Positions 52,478 through 64,000 of a stretch of 64,000 nucleotides of DNA are shown here, in pieces. Made by a program: the position numbers and the translations under genes. The DNA lies in NCBI GenBank assembly GCA_965655095.1, contig OZ296657.1, forward strand, positions 28,396,001 through 28,460,000, read 5' to 3'. The stretch is from Haplodiscus bocki (lineage: Eukaryota). Positions within the stretch are counted from its first letter, which is position 1, and each line of letters opens with the position of its first letter. The notes beneath the pieces were generated by a model that worked only from the letters and a program-made list of their open reading frames with translations, ran no database searches and was not told the DNA's origin.

Positions 52478-55125
52478 ATTCTGCTTCACCACTGTGTTCT
52501 TCTCAGTATTGTATTTAAAATTGAATGGAACTTTTAAAGCTTTCATTTGGGAAAATTAAATGAGCGTAACTGGGTATAGCCAGTTGTGATGGCGATCCGT
52601 AGTTATTTGACCGATGCTAAGTGGAAAACAGGCGCGGTCATCCCCTTTGCTCATCAAAAAATTTTTGTTCTATCTACATCAGACCCTTTTAAATATCCTC
52701 AAATTTCGTCTCATAGATCTTTGACCTTTCAATCAGGTATCATGCGAGATGACTAGTAAAAGTTAACATCTACTTTTGCCGCCCTCGGAAATTTTCTTAA
52801 AACGACTTGAAAATATTGCTCCCATCAAATGTTTCAGGAAAATCATTATTGCATACCGGAAAATTATATTTCTAGCAGAATCATTATATCGAAATATACA
52901 ATTTAAAATAGATATTTGAAACTCATTGGAGTCCAATTTTTTTCCAGATACCCGCTCCCATAAACCAGCGTTTCAAGAAAAAGGGAAAAAAACATTAACG
53001 TGAAGAGTCGAGTCAAGTTTTCTCTTGAAAAACTAAGGTTTCCCTATAAAGGAGGCCCAAGAAACTTACAAGCGACGCAGACTTTGGCCGTTCTTGGCTT
53101 GTTCATAAGTACATGACTGTGAAAAACATGTTACTTGAACCATAATGCCTCGTTGGGCCAATCGTGTGGGTTCGGCTGGAAATATCTGCGTAATGTGCCA
53201 AAAATGCGACTCGATGAAAACTTTGGTTTTTTGGCACGTTCGGCGCATCAAAGTTCTGACGACCTCGTTTCTCTCAAAATAGTTTTGGATAATTGGAAGA
53301 CATTTTTGGGTTATCAGGCCCTTTTTTGAAAAAATTGCTATAGTGTCTTTTGAAATTTCAAAAAACGGAAAAAAGTGCACACATATGTCTTGGCAAAATT
53401 TTTAGAAATTTTTTGTGGAAGTGCAAATAGAAAAAGCTCGTATTTCATGCAAGGATCCTGCAAGTATCTTGCAATACTTTAATTGGTCTGCAAGCCTCTT
53501 GCAGGAAATGATTTTACCTGCGAGAAACCTCTAAATGTTGATTCTGCAAGGAGCTCGCATGATTCTTACAAGATGTTTTTTGTGGACGAGAGCCGCCATA
53601 TATACCAACACAGGAGAAATACATCGAGGCGCTCAGCAAATATTGAAAATTGCTGCAGGTTGTCATTACCCAAACACAGCTCGCGTCTTCGAATTTTTCC
53701 TATCGATTTTGGAACAATAGTGGGTAGCCCTAGTTGAAGTGTTGAAACTTTGAAAATGTTCACTTCATTGATCTATGTAGAGCAATCCGCAAATTAATTT
53801 TTGGGTTAAAGAACTAATTTGGGAATGCCAGGTTACTAAAGTTGACGTCCGTTTTTTGTCCTATCGTTCACAATTCGCAGAAGGTGAGCAATGCGCTTAG
53901 CTTCCCTTGTGAATGGACTAGCAAGTACCCTTTGGCGTACTAGTTTTTGACGATGACCATTTGCACTCGGTTACTTCGACTGTTCGGGTTCGAATGCGTT
54001 CAAATGTTTCTTGCCTTTGATATTTCGTTTTTCTTAGTCTTGGCATATCTTTCCGAGAAAAAACGCGTTTCTCAATTGGGGGAGCTTCATTTTTTGCTCC
54101 CAGAATTTTTTTGCAAACTTACTCTAAAGAGAATTTTTCTGATCTTTTAGACTAAATCCACCTAGATTTCAGTTTGGTGCCAAAATGTAATTTTACCATT
54201 TTCGAACTTGAGCTAAAATTTCGACCGTTGAATGTATTCATTATTATTTTCGCTCGATATTTTCCGTACAAAGTTGTTTTTGGGCAGAATATGACAAGAG
54301 TATTACCAACGTTAACTTTTAAAAACTGCGTTTTTCCGGACAGAAATGTAAAGATTTTGTAATCTTAGTTTCTAGAAAAGGCTGAATTTGCTGTTCCACA
54401 CACCTTTTGCCTTACGGTTTTTATCTAAGCATCCGGTTTAAATCGATACGACACAGTGAGTTTTGAGAAATATTTACAACTTCTGTATGTTTCCGTTGAG
54501 AAATGGTAGTTTTAGTTCTTAAATTTGGGCAAAGAAGCTAAGTTCCCGATTTTCTTAAACTTTTCAATTTTACTTTCAATATCATCTTCATGACTGCCTT
54601 TTCAATGTAATACAATACAGAAACAAAATGTAGAGCGAACTCCTGAAAATATGTACTGAAATTAATAAAGTCAATAAGATTTGAATTTTTTTTGTATTAT
54701 TGAGACCAAAAGATCTGAAACATTATTTGAGATGATTGAGGAAACTTGAAATATTGAAGACTAGAAGAGCTTCCGTTCAAGTGAACTTTGCCCATATATG
54801 GGATCTATTAAAGTTCCGTTAACCTTTACAGCATTTTTTTACTTTGAATAATTAATAATCTTGTTATGTCCAGGTGAAAAGAAAAAAAAGTCTCTCAGTC
54901 TTTCATTTGTAGTACCGTTTATCCTCGCAAAGTCATGACCTCAACTCACAAGGTAGAATGTGATGCGAAGTTCCGCTTCATTTCTGTGTTCTTATTATTT
55001 CTCACCTTTCACCTTTATTTGAAATTGAATGGAACATTCGAATGTTTCTGCTAAAATTAAACGGACATAATTGGGTATAGGCAGTTGTTGTGGCGATCCG
55101 TAGTGATTTGACAGCTAAATGGAAA
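52478..55125 (+). repeat. Pair of diverged ~150-bp direct repeats (~52478-52628 and ~54975-55125)
   Basis: Shared aaattgaatggaac..aaaattaaa..tgggtatag.cagttgt..tggcgatccgtagt.atttgac. Confidence 0.8.
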
Positions 55126-56629
55126 TCTACCGTCATTCATCCTCACCAATAGCGTGGAAGATAAATCGAAGAGCTTTACTATTATTGAATTTTTTTCATG
55201 TTCTAATTATCTGACGAGACACGTCAAGTCTTACCTCTCGTTTCAACTTTATACCAAATATGATACATAAAACCTTTCAAGCAAAATGTACCAGAATGTT
55301 TCAAAGGTTTCCAATGAAGAGGTTTTTCGATGGTATAAAGTAGGCGAGAATCTTCTGTATTCCAAATACGCTTTTCATCTACAAGTTTTTTATAAACCGT
55401 TTAGCATTTCCTTTTTCGCCAAGTTAGACGAAAGTCTGGTATATTTGCAATGAAATGTTTGTGTTTTGAAGTACACTGTGGGTACTATTGAGTCACCCCC
55501 TCGTACTGTCAGAACCTCAAAAATTTGCAACGCCTCTAACTTTGACCCCTGGTAAAAATTTTTGAATTTTTTCGGAATATAAAGATCATTTTGCCGTTTT
55601 TTCTCAATTGCACCTTGCTTTTCCGACTATGCGTAGATTTTTTTAATCCTGTCCAGAAGTAGCATTTTTGACGTCATTACGGAGTCGAATCATTTAGTGC
55701 AAACGGCCAGCAAGGGCCTTTTTTGAGCGGTTTTTGTTCTTTTTTGCGTTGCTTAATGTGCAAACATCTGAAACACAGCAGCAAAATTGCGTCATCTGAA
55801 ATGAATGATTGACATATCAACTTTTCGACTATGAGACCTTGCGTATCAGTTTGAATTGTGATTGACAGCTGACGTAGTACTTCTAAAAGTGTCAATCTTA
55901 TCTCCGATCATGCTTTCAGATGTATTTCTGGATCCTTGATCTCAACTGACAAGTCAGAATGTGTTGCGATGTTCCGCTTCGCCTCTGCGTTAAACCCCCA
56001 AACTTCACACAACCGCTCAAAGGGATCAAAACTTTCTTTGGGCTTGACATCGGAGACTTGCAAAGTTGTTGCAAACCCCACAGGATCCACTCTTATGATC
56101 CTTTCTAATAACAATATAAACATACTACAAAGCAAAAGTTTGAGGTATATGACACCTTCCAAAATAATCGAAACGTTCGATGCTTCTTGAAGATTTTTTA
56201 CCACAAAACACCTAAAGAACCTTCGAATAACAATTCGTTTGGAATATCAGTTTCGAACCAAGAATTCAGATAAAATTTGGAAAAATCGCCGAAAAGTCTC
56301 AACTGCGAGTTATCCAAGGAAAGAGCCAGTTGCCTGGAATTTAAGAGTTAAGCACAGACGAAAAAGGTTGACCGACCGGAAAACACCTGTCATTCACCTC
56401 GCCTACTTGGAAAGTGTATTACTGTGGAGAAGTGGAGCTTCACATAGCCGGCAACGAGAATGGCGGCTTATTGGACTCTTCAGCTTCTTCATGTGGAAGC
56501 CCCGTTGTCGATTTTTTTTTCATTTGTTCAGATACACATTTTGAGGTGTTTTGCGGACAAGAACGAGGAATAAGCCACGACCGTAACTCAATAAAATTTT
56601 CATTCAACTAGTTTTCGAATTGGATATTG

Positions 56630-57464
56630 ATACTCTCAATCCAACTGATAGTCATTGCGGGAACGTTCCCAAAGAAATATTTTCACTTGTGAAGCGTTAC
56701 TGCCACATCGCTAAACATCATCTATTTAGTGCAATATATCTTAGTTGAAATAACGAGCTTTCATTTTTGTGCCAGGAGTGAAATATTTTTGGGTGAGACC
56801 ATGTGGCAGTTACTTGTCTGAGTTTAAATTCATCGGTCAATCTCGGTCACAGCTGGTGTAGTATTTCATGTCTATGATGTCTCCGGCTATGGTTTCAAAT
56901 GTTTCTGAGGATCTTTGATGTGTCCTGCATGTCTTTGATATCGCTGACAAGTCTGGCTGTGTTGCGGAGTTCGACTTCGCAACTGAGTCTCTAGATAAGG
57001 CATCAGACTCTCGGTTTAGTCAGAACAACCAAGAATGTCTCGATGTTATACTCTCAATCCAACTGATAGTCATTGCCGGAACGTTCCCAAAGAAATATTT
57101 TCACTTGTGAAGCGTTACTGCCACATCGCTAAACATCATCTATGTAGTGCAATATATCTTAGTTGAAATAACGAGCTTTCATTTTTGTGCTAGGAGTGAA
57201 ATATTTTTGGGGTGAGACCATGTGGCAGTTACTTGTCTGAGTTTAAAATTATCGGTCAATCTCGGTCACAGCTGGTGAAGTATTTCATATGTGTCATGTC
57301 TCCGACTATGGTTTCAAATGTCTGAGGATCTTTGAGGTGTCCTGCATGTCTTTGATATCGCTGACAAATCTGGCTGTCTTGCGGAGTTCGACTTCGCAAC
57401 TGAGTCTCTAGATAAGGCATCAGACTCTCGGTTTAGTGAGGACAACCAAGAATGTCTCGATGTT
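56630..57464. repeat. Recent ~418-bp tandem duplication (56630-57047 / 57048-57464)
   Basis: Both copies start atactctcaatccaactgatagtcattg and end aagaatgtctcgatgtt, with few differences. Confidence 0.95.
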
Positions 57465-58479
57465 TCTACGAAGACATTTTCAGCTATTGTTACTTGCATG
57501 TACGTTGATTATTAAGTTATCAAAATTTGGATCCTCGTTGGTTGCCAGCTTTCCGAAACTTCTCTCCGCCTCTCTGTTACTATGTTACACTTGCGATGTA
57601 AGTGAAACAATCGGAGCAACTGTTTAACGGTCGACGTGACAGTTGTTATTTTTTCCATTCGTTCAATACTCGCTCTTCGAGATGTTCGTATGTTCCGAGA
57701 ACATCTCCCATTCATGTGGGGATCGAAGCCGTTATGTTATTTCTTACTCTGGAACCAGTCTTTCTACGATTGCGCCTGCTCTTTGCAATCTCACGAATAG
57801 TTACCGCATAAATATACTTAGTTTACAGCTAAGTTTCTTGCGAAGTTGAAACTCTTTGTTTACGTGTAATTCTATCGATAGTTTGTTTTGACTATCTATA
57901 GGATTGCAGTCCTTTTGAGATTTTTTCTGGACTTACCTACTTGAAGGGTTAACTGTGACACGAACGACTTTTTCAATGAATTCTCATTGAAAAATTCACT
58001 TGTGAATGGCTTTTCAATATTTTTACTTGCATTAATCATTGAAACGTTTCCTCAATAGTGGTTCGATTTTGTCAATCAAGCGCTTATTCAATTTTCATGG
58101 CCTACAGTTTCTGCGTATTAGCTTTGTTGGTGTTTTTATGAGTTTGTTGTGGAAATTTTTCAAGTCCTTGAAGTTAGGAAATGGAAATTCATGAGCCAAG
58201 GATTTGAATAATCCATGGTATTTTTTTGCGTGTTCGTTGAAACTGTTTTTCTCTGTCACTAGTGGTTTGATTCAACTTTTCTTGGCTTGCAAGTCTGTAG
58301 AGTAGTCTGGATGGTTCAATATGCAATTTATTTCGAAAATCTTGCAATTGGATGTTGATGTTTATACTTGTTCGTTTTGTGGTGAGAAAATATTGAGTTT
58401 TAATTGAAAAATCAAAGTTTTCTCGCGCTGTTGAAGTTTTTCCCATAGAGTAGTGGTCAGATTGGGCTAGCCAGCCTGA

Positions 58480-60560
58480 CTGATTGTTATCTAGAATGTT
58501 GAACGAAACTTTCCACTGTCCTAGTCGCTTCCTCAACACTAGCTAGGAGTCTGTTGTCCATAACCAATAGGAACACAAGCCTTGTAGTTTTTGGGATCGT
58601 TGTGGTTGCCTTGTTAGACGATGGTGACAGTTTACCCGTATTGTGAGAGCTCTTCACATTTGTGCGCTCTGTTGATTAAAATTTCCTGGATGAGTTAAAT
58701 GGTGTTCCTTTGCATTTCAACGTTTGTTTTGTTTTGATGTAGCGGCTGCGGACTTTGGGTCTTCCAGGGGCCGAGTCTTTTACCGCTTCTGGGCCTCCAG
58801 GATTTCCTGCGCTTTTGGTGTTTTGTTAAGTGCTGTGTTTGCTGTTCTAAGATCTTATCGTTCTTCATGTCTGGGACCTCAAGAGTAGCTTGTCGTTCTA
58901 CGGGAGGGTTCTCTTATCGGTCTTGCTCACTTCAGAGAATTGTTCTTTGAAGTCTTGGCTCGTGAGAGTGGAACCCGAAGTTTGGATTTGCAGTTTCTGG
59001 CCCTTAGTTGTTTAGTTATTTCAGGAGGCTGTTCATGGTGCCAAAATCTCATCAACGGCAGCAGTGCATTTCTCGAGACTTTCATCCCACCATGATGTTT
59101 CGAGGGATCTCAGTTTGATATCATTTCTTTCTGCGCTCTTCAGTTTACTTTTGGCTATTTTCCGAACGATTCTGTTGTGTTCTTCGAGGGCCTTGTTACG
59201 ACGGTAGACCCACTTTTTATGGAGGGCAGCTGGCATATCGTCGTTGCGTATGGGTCTGTACCTTTTTAATAATGGGAAGACTAGTGTCTAGCCGCTTGTA
59301 GGATTTTGCTAATTCCTCCACTTTTTGTTCTTCGTCTTTTTTGATTTTTTTTCTGCAGTTCACTGCCTAAATGGAAGGGCTATTTCCATGTCTGAGTTTG
59401 TCGCGTCGAATATTTTGTCGAGGGTTGCTGTTGTTCCCCCATCATTTTCGCTCAACACGGAGGAAGGAGGTTTATGTTCGGAGAACAGGATATTCCACGT
59501 TTCGATTTTCTTGGAAGTGATGGTGCCTTTGGTTCCTTTCATGGTGAATCCGTCCAGCTCGTACCATTCCTTTGGCGATTTATTAAACCATGTGCCCCTG
59601 TTTTTAATCGCAAGGTAGGAGTTTGTCCACTGCAGTTCATGTTTAGCACCAGGCTAGAAGTTCATGTCAAGCTTCGTTTGGCGGAGTTTTTGACCGAATC
59701 TCTGGCAGGTGAACTGAACAGTTTCCTTATTGCCAATGTGAGCATTATGGGCACCACTATGATGAAAAGGTTTTTTTGTGGTAGTGGTTGCAATAAGGTC
59801 TGCAAGATGATCTTGATACTTTTCAGTTGCTGTCATGCCTTTGTATTGTTGTTTGATGGACTGAGAAGAGAGATATTTGCCCAGTGGTCGGTCTTTCTGT
59901 TGGCCTGCTTGTATTCATTCATCGAGTACTGTATCTCTGAGGATGATCCTTGTTTTTTTCGATGTGGATGATAGCTGGCATCTTTTCACTCCACCCCCCC
60001 CCCCCCCCCCAGTCATACGATTCCTAAGGACTCGCCTCTGAGCTCCGTTATGGGCGTGACTATTAATTTTTTATTTGGTTGCGATGTGAAAACTATTGTG
60101 TTCTTTGGACGACCTCGGTTTTCTTCCTGGGAGAGACCCTGAAGATGCCATGTTGTTATTTGGTGTTGTTTGCGTGGGGGTTGTCTGTGTTTCGTTTTCC
60201 TGTCAGCTTTCATGTGAGCCGCTCCTGTTCACTTTATTCTCATAAAACGCTTTGTTCTGCCGCCACTACGATGTGTTATGAATCCCGGATTTCAGTGGAA
60301 TGCAATCTTTTCACAAACGTGCCTTTGTGGAGTTCCTCCTGTGATACGAATCCAGGGGGAGAGGTGCTTTGGGTGGCTAATCCATTGCTGCTCTGTCGGC
60401 TCACAGGACGTGACAGGGGCTCCCATTTCTGGCTAGGCTCTGTTCCTTTTCTGTGGCACTTGTATCTTCTTTGGCGCGCTCAGGTGCGCGGCCCACTTGC
60501 GCCGCTTTGGAGGCGACATACTGGGACGAGTTTTATTGGTTCGTTTTGTCGTCATGGTTG
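58480..60560 (-). mobile_element. Decayed RTE-clade (RTE-X-like) LINE, broken off early in RT, in HINFP intron 2
   Basis: APE motifs TWHLQ..ITELRGESLGIV*LG, GAHNAHIG, NSY..RGTWFN..EWYELDGF and SEHKP. RT start: GNHNDPKNY..LLVMDNRLLAS/LRKRLGQW..ILDNNQSG. The 5' boundary is approximate. Confidence 0.85.
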
Positions 60561-61176
60561 CTAGTCAAAGCAATTTTTTGTGACTACATTTTTCAAGTTT
60601 TTCTAATTCTTTGACAATTTTCAATTTTATCTGCTAGTTTGTGAAGTTGGATAACTTCTGCCTTCTTTTTGACTATTTAACCTCAGTGCTTGTTGTTGAA
60701 AATTTATTTATAACTTATAGAGACAGTTGGCAAAAACTTGTTCATGCGCTCTCGCTCAGTTGTAAAAATTTGTTCTCGTGGACTGTTTCCAGCCTGCACG
60801 CTTGTTTTAATTAAATCAGGCAAATTAACTGCTATAGCTCTTGTACTTGCTACTTTTGTATATAAGTTTATAAGAATTAACTGAGTTAACTAAATTTCTG
60901 TTTAATTCGTTATCTATAGTTTTTGTAGTACCGTGGCGTCTCAAAAAATCAGTTCCAGTTGTTCGATTTGTTCACTAGTATTCAGTTGGCGCAAGTGTTG
61001 CGAAGCACAGTTTCTCTTCTATGTAACTGAAATTGTGCAGCCTACCAGTTCTTTTGAAAACTGTTTAATCAAAATGCCCGTTTCATTTTTTATCGCCCTC
61101 TCTCATCTGCTTCATCTACTTAATGGATAGTTCAAAGTGATTCAGAGTGTTATTGATTTGTTTTTTTTTCCTTTAG

Positions 61177-62037
61177 AAAAGAGTGAGGTTATTGGAACAT
61201 ATGAGATGTCACACTGGTGCTAAAACATTCGCTTGCCCTCAATGCGGAACCCTTTTCTCGACAGCCGAAAGACTGAGAGGTCACTGTGTGCGGCAAATTT
61301 TGGAGGAAGATGCTAAAACGTACAAGTGCAATTTATGCAATGTGTCTTTTGTCTCTCAACCTCTACTCAGTGAACACATCAGAACCCACGTGAAATTATA
61401 TCAATGTGACCAATGTCCTTTACCTTTTGCAAGCAAAGCAGGATTGCGAAATCACTGGAAATACAAACATTCGACTACCAGGGAGTTTCCGTGCCTTATG
61501 CCTACATGCACTTACTCAGCTAAGAAAAGGAACGATTTGCTCAAACACTTACATAGTCATAGGCAAGCTTGTACCCATATTTGCTCGTTTTGTGGAGATA
61601 TGTTCAGAACGAAACCCGTGCTTGAACACCATCTAGAAGAAGTGCATTCGGTGCCAACAAGAAAAGAGTACGTCTGTCATATCTGTGGACCGGATAAAAC
61701 GTACGCACGTGGGCGAAGTTTGACGGAACATTTGAAGAAGAAGCACGATTTTAAGGGCTTCACTTACAAAAGATTCCAATACATGCAAGCGGGGGATGGA
61801 AAATATTATTTAGCTCAGGAAGAGTATCATGAATGTATTCCAGTGAAAGATAAATCCGCCAATAAATTGCCTATCAAAACTGATAATGTCATTGGAACTT
61901 TGGACGACCTAACTGCAAGTAATTTTGACTTGGCTTCGTACACGGACTGTACCCAAAATAGAGTAATTAGCCAAGAAAGTATGGAAGACGTTCACTACGA
62001 AGATGATTACGATGGCCTCGAAGCTTCGGCGTATTAA
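61177..62037 (+). CDS. HINFP: HINFP coding exon 3 of 3 (total protein ~445 aa)
   Basis: Acceptor ttttcctttAG at 61175-76; KRVRLLEHMRCHTGAKTFACPQCG..HCVRQ, several C2H2 fingers, and the HINFP-specific tail YVCHIC..RG..LTEHLKKKHDFK..KRFQY..DGKYYL. Confidence 0.95.
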   Translation, partial: KRVRLLEHMRCHTGAKTFACPQCGTLFSTAERLRGHCVRQILEEDAKTYKCNLCNVSFVSQPLLSEHIRTHVKLYQCDQCPLPFASKAGLRNHWKYKHSTTREFPCLMPTCTYSAKKRNDLLKHLHSHRQACTHICSFCGDMFRTKPVLEHHLEEVHSVPTRKEYVCHICGPDKTYARGRSLTEHLKKKHDFKGFTYKRFQYMQAGDGKYYLAQEEYHECIPVKDKSANKLPIKTDNVIGTLDDLTASNFDLASYTDCTQNRVISQESMEDVHYEDDYDGLEASAY

Positions 62038-64000
62038 TTTTTAGGCATTAAGTGAAACTTAGCGCAAATAGATTTTACGTTTTTCTTCGCATTTCGCAAG
62101 TGTCCTTGTTTGTGACTGACCGACTGCGAGGCTGATCGCTAAATTGAATCGGAATTTTCCCCTGCTTGTTAGTTATTTTTAATATTTACTCTCTTCGCTT
62201 CGCCCAAGCTAGAGTGAGAGTCACTGTTTACTCTTAGATTTTAGGTACTTTGGTAGTCGGAGCTGAGATTCAAAGGTTCAAGTACTTGGATTCAAATATT
62301 CTCAAGTTTTTTACGTTAATTTGCATTTCGTTTTCCGATTTCTCAAAATGGTGACCATTCATCGAGTCCAAAGTTAGTTGATTCCCCAAGGCGTCTAAAA
62401 TTTGCAAACTTTTCAAAGCGTCGAAGTGACCGGTAGACCATTGTATTCTCCGAAATTTTCGACGCTTTGATTAATCTGCAGTTTTCGGATTCAAAGGGAA
62501 TTTTTACTAAATTTTAATTCGAAGTTTTTTTCACTATTATAATTTTTTTTGCATAATGCTTTGCACCGTGGTGCCTATGTCTTCTACGCAAATCGGTATG
62601 ACTGGCCGCCTGAGCGTAGCTGGACGATAAAGGCAAGCTGAATAATTGATTTCTACTTATTCATTTTCAAGCATTGGTTTTTCTTCATCCCCAAGCTAGA
62701 GCGAACGTCACTATCTACTCTTCGCTCTTTCAAGTACTTGTAGTATTTGGTTGAAGTATTCTCTGAAATTTACTTCGCATCTTTTTCTCTTCAAAATTAT
62801 TAACCAATTTCGAAAACTTCGCTCGATATAATTTTTTCTAACTTTCTAAATTCTCAGCACTTAATGCCTAGCATCCTTGATGCCTATGTTTAATTTTGGT
62901 ACGTCAGACGATGACGGAACTATTCAAATAAGCGAAATTAATCAAACTTAAATGAAATATATTTACTTCCGATTCACACTTCCAAATAATTGTTGATATG
63001 AACGTTGTTACTCTTGATTTCTTTGTGTTCTCAAAAAATCCTTGATTTTATTCGTTTTTTTCGGTCGTAGCAGAGGTCAGGTACATATAGCATTTGAATT
63101 CCTGGCGAATGTTGCATGAAATTTTTGTGTGATTTTGTTATCAAACACCTTTTGAATATTTAATACAAAATTTTCCAGGCTTAAATGTTGTCTATTGCGT
63201 TGGTAGTTTTCAAGTTTCCTTGATGAATTTTGCGAAATTTTATAAGTTCCATGTGAAACTTGAGTGAGAAGAAAGTTTTTAAATGCAACGCAGGATATTT
63301 TACATGTAGCAGAGGCAGCTTTCCAATTTTACCTCACATTTCTGGTGATGTACTTGAAATATATATTACATAAATTAGGAAACAAATATATGGAAAATAA
63401 TAAAGATGGTAAAATAGCAAGCTGAAATTGTAGTCTTGGAAACATGGAACATTGAAAACTTTCAAGATACATGTATGCTGAGTGCATGAATTTTCTATTT
63501 TGTAAATTATTTGCCTGTACACTACACGTTAATTTAGCATACAAAGACAATGCATTTTCGCCAGGGATATATAACTACCATATAAGGGTGTGAGATTCCG
63601 TAAGTTATCATCAATTCGATCCCAATTCAATTCTGGGCAAAAAAATTGTATTTCAATGCAACATCACTCATGCAGAAGGTTCAAAAATTGGACCATCTTT
63701 TGAACAAAATTTTTCAATTGTGTAGATTTCAATTGCTTTTGGCCTCCAAAAAATGTCAAAATCGTACATTTTGGCATTTGAATCGATGATTAGCTGCGAG
63801 ATTATGCGCATGATATTGCAGTAAAAACAAATTTTTGGAAAGCATCGGAGGAACCTTGTACACTAGAGGAAATTGCACTAAAATTTTTGGAAAACCAACC
63901 GAAGCAAAATCAACTTTTTGTACGGCGATTCAACTTCATTGCATTGCACATTCCTACTACTGGGGGCTCGTCGCGGCTGACTTTGGGATAGTTTCCGCCG

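Noticed and set aside
53445-53600. DNA-transposon end with CTTGCA/TGCAAG subterminal repeats
   Set aside because: The motif cluster is real, but no matching TIR or TSD could be defined.
56239-56544. Gypsy RNase H fragment (EPVAW..)
   Set aside because: A single weak motif with no other pol motifs or LTRs.
57900-58475. A further LINE endonuclease fragment next to the RTE
   Set aside because: LINE-like composition but no unambiguous motif; left unassigned.
59474-60564. 165-aa and 161-aa + strand ORFs
   Set aside because: Antisense shadows of the RTE element.

Overview
AT-rich eukaryotic DNA from an invertebrate metazoan (species not determinable here); there is no CRISPR array or prokaryotic gene. 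Bases 1 to ~23,630 are a tandem array of ~22 copies of a ~1,063-bp unit that runs off the left edge. The copies fall into six diagnostic subtypes arranged as higher-order blocks (A B A B B A | C D C C D C D | E E E E F E F E F). Their minus strand reads like a decayed Ser/Thr-rich ORF. The array ends at a LINE RT fragment and a near full-length, inactivated CR1-type LINE (~23.8-27.75 kb, minus strand). Six co-oriented + strand genes follow: a two-exon group XII secreted phospholipase A2 (its 9-kb intron holds a dead LINE and a 184-N gap), two single-TM microprotein ORFs only 121 bp apart (possibly bicistronic), an intronless ZSWIM2-like RING-H2 gene, mitochondrial ATP synthase subunit c, and a three-exon HINFP. 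Introns and spacers contain a piggyBac-type MITE, a foldback/MULE-like element with a 32-bp minisatellite, a CGGBP1-like hAT relic, RTE and CR1 fragments, a 418-bp tandem duplication and several unclassified interspersed repeats. The best candidates for something new are the structured 1-kb satellite of possible coding origin and the microprotein pair within a co-oriented cluster whose start codons are preceded by splice-acceptor-like sites. All homology calls are from recognition of motifs by eye, not database searches.
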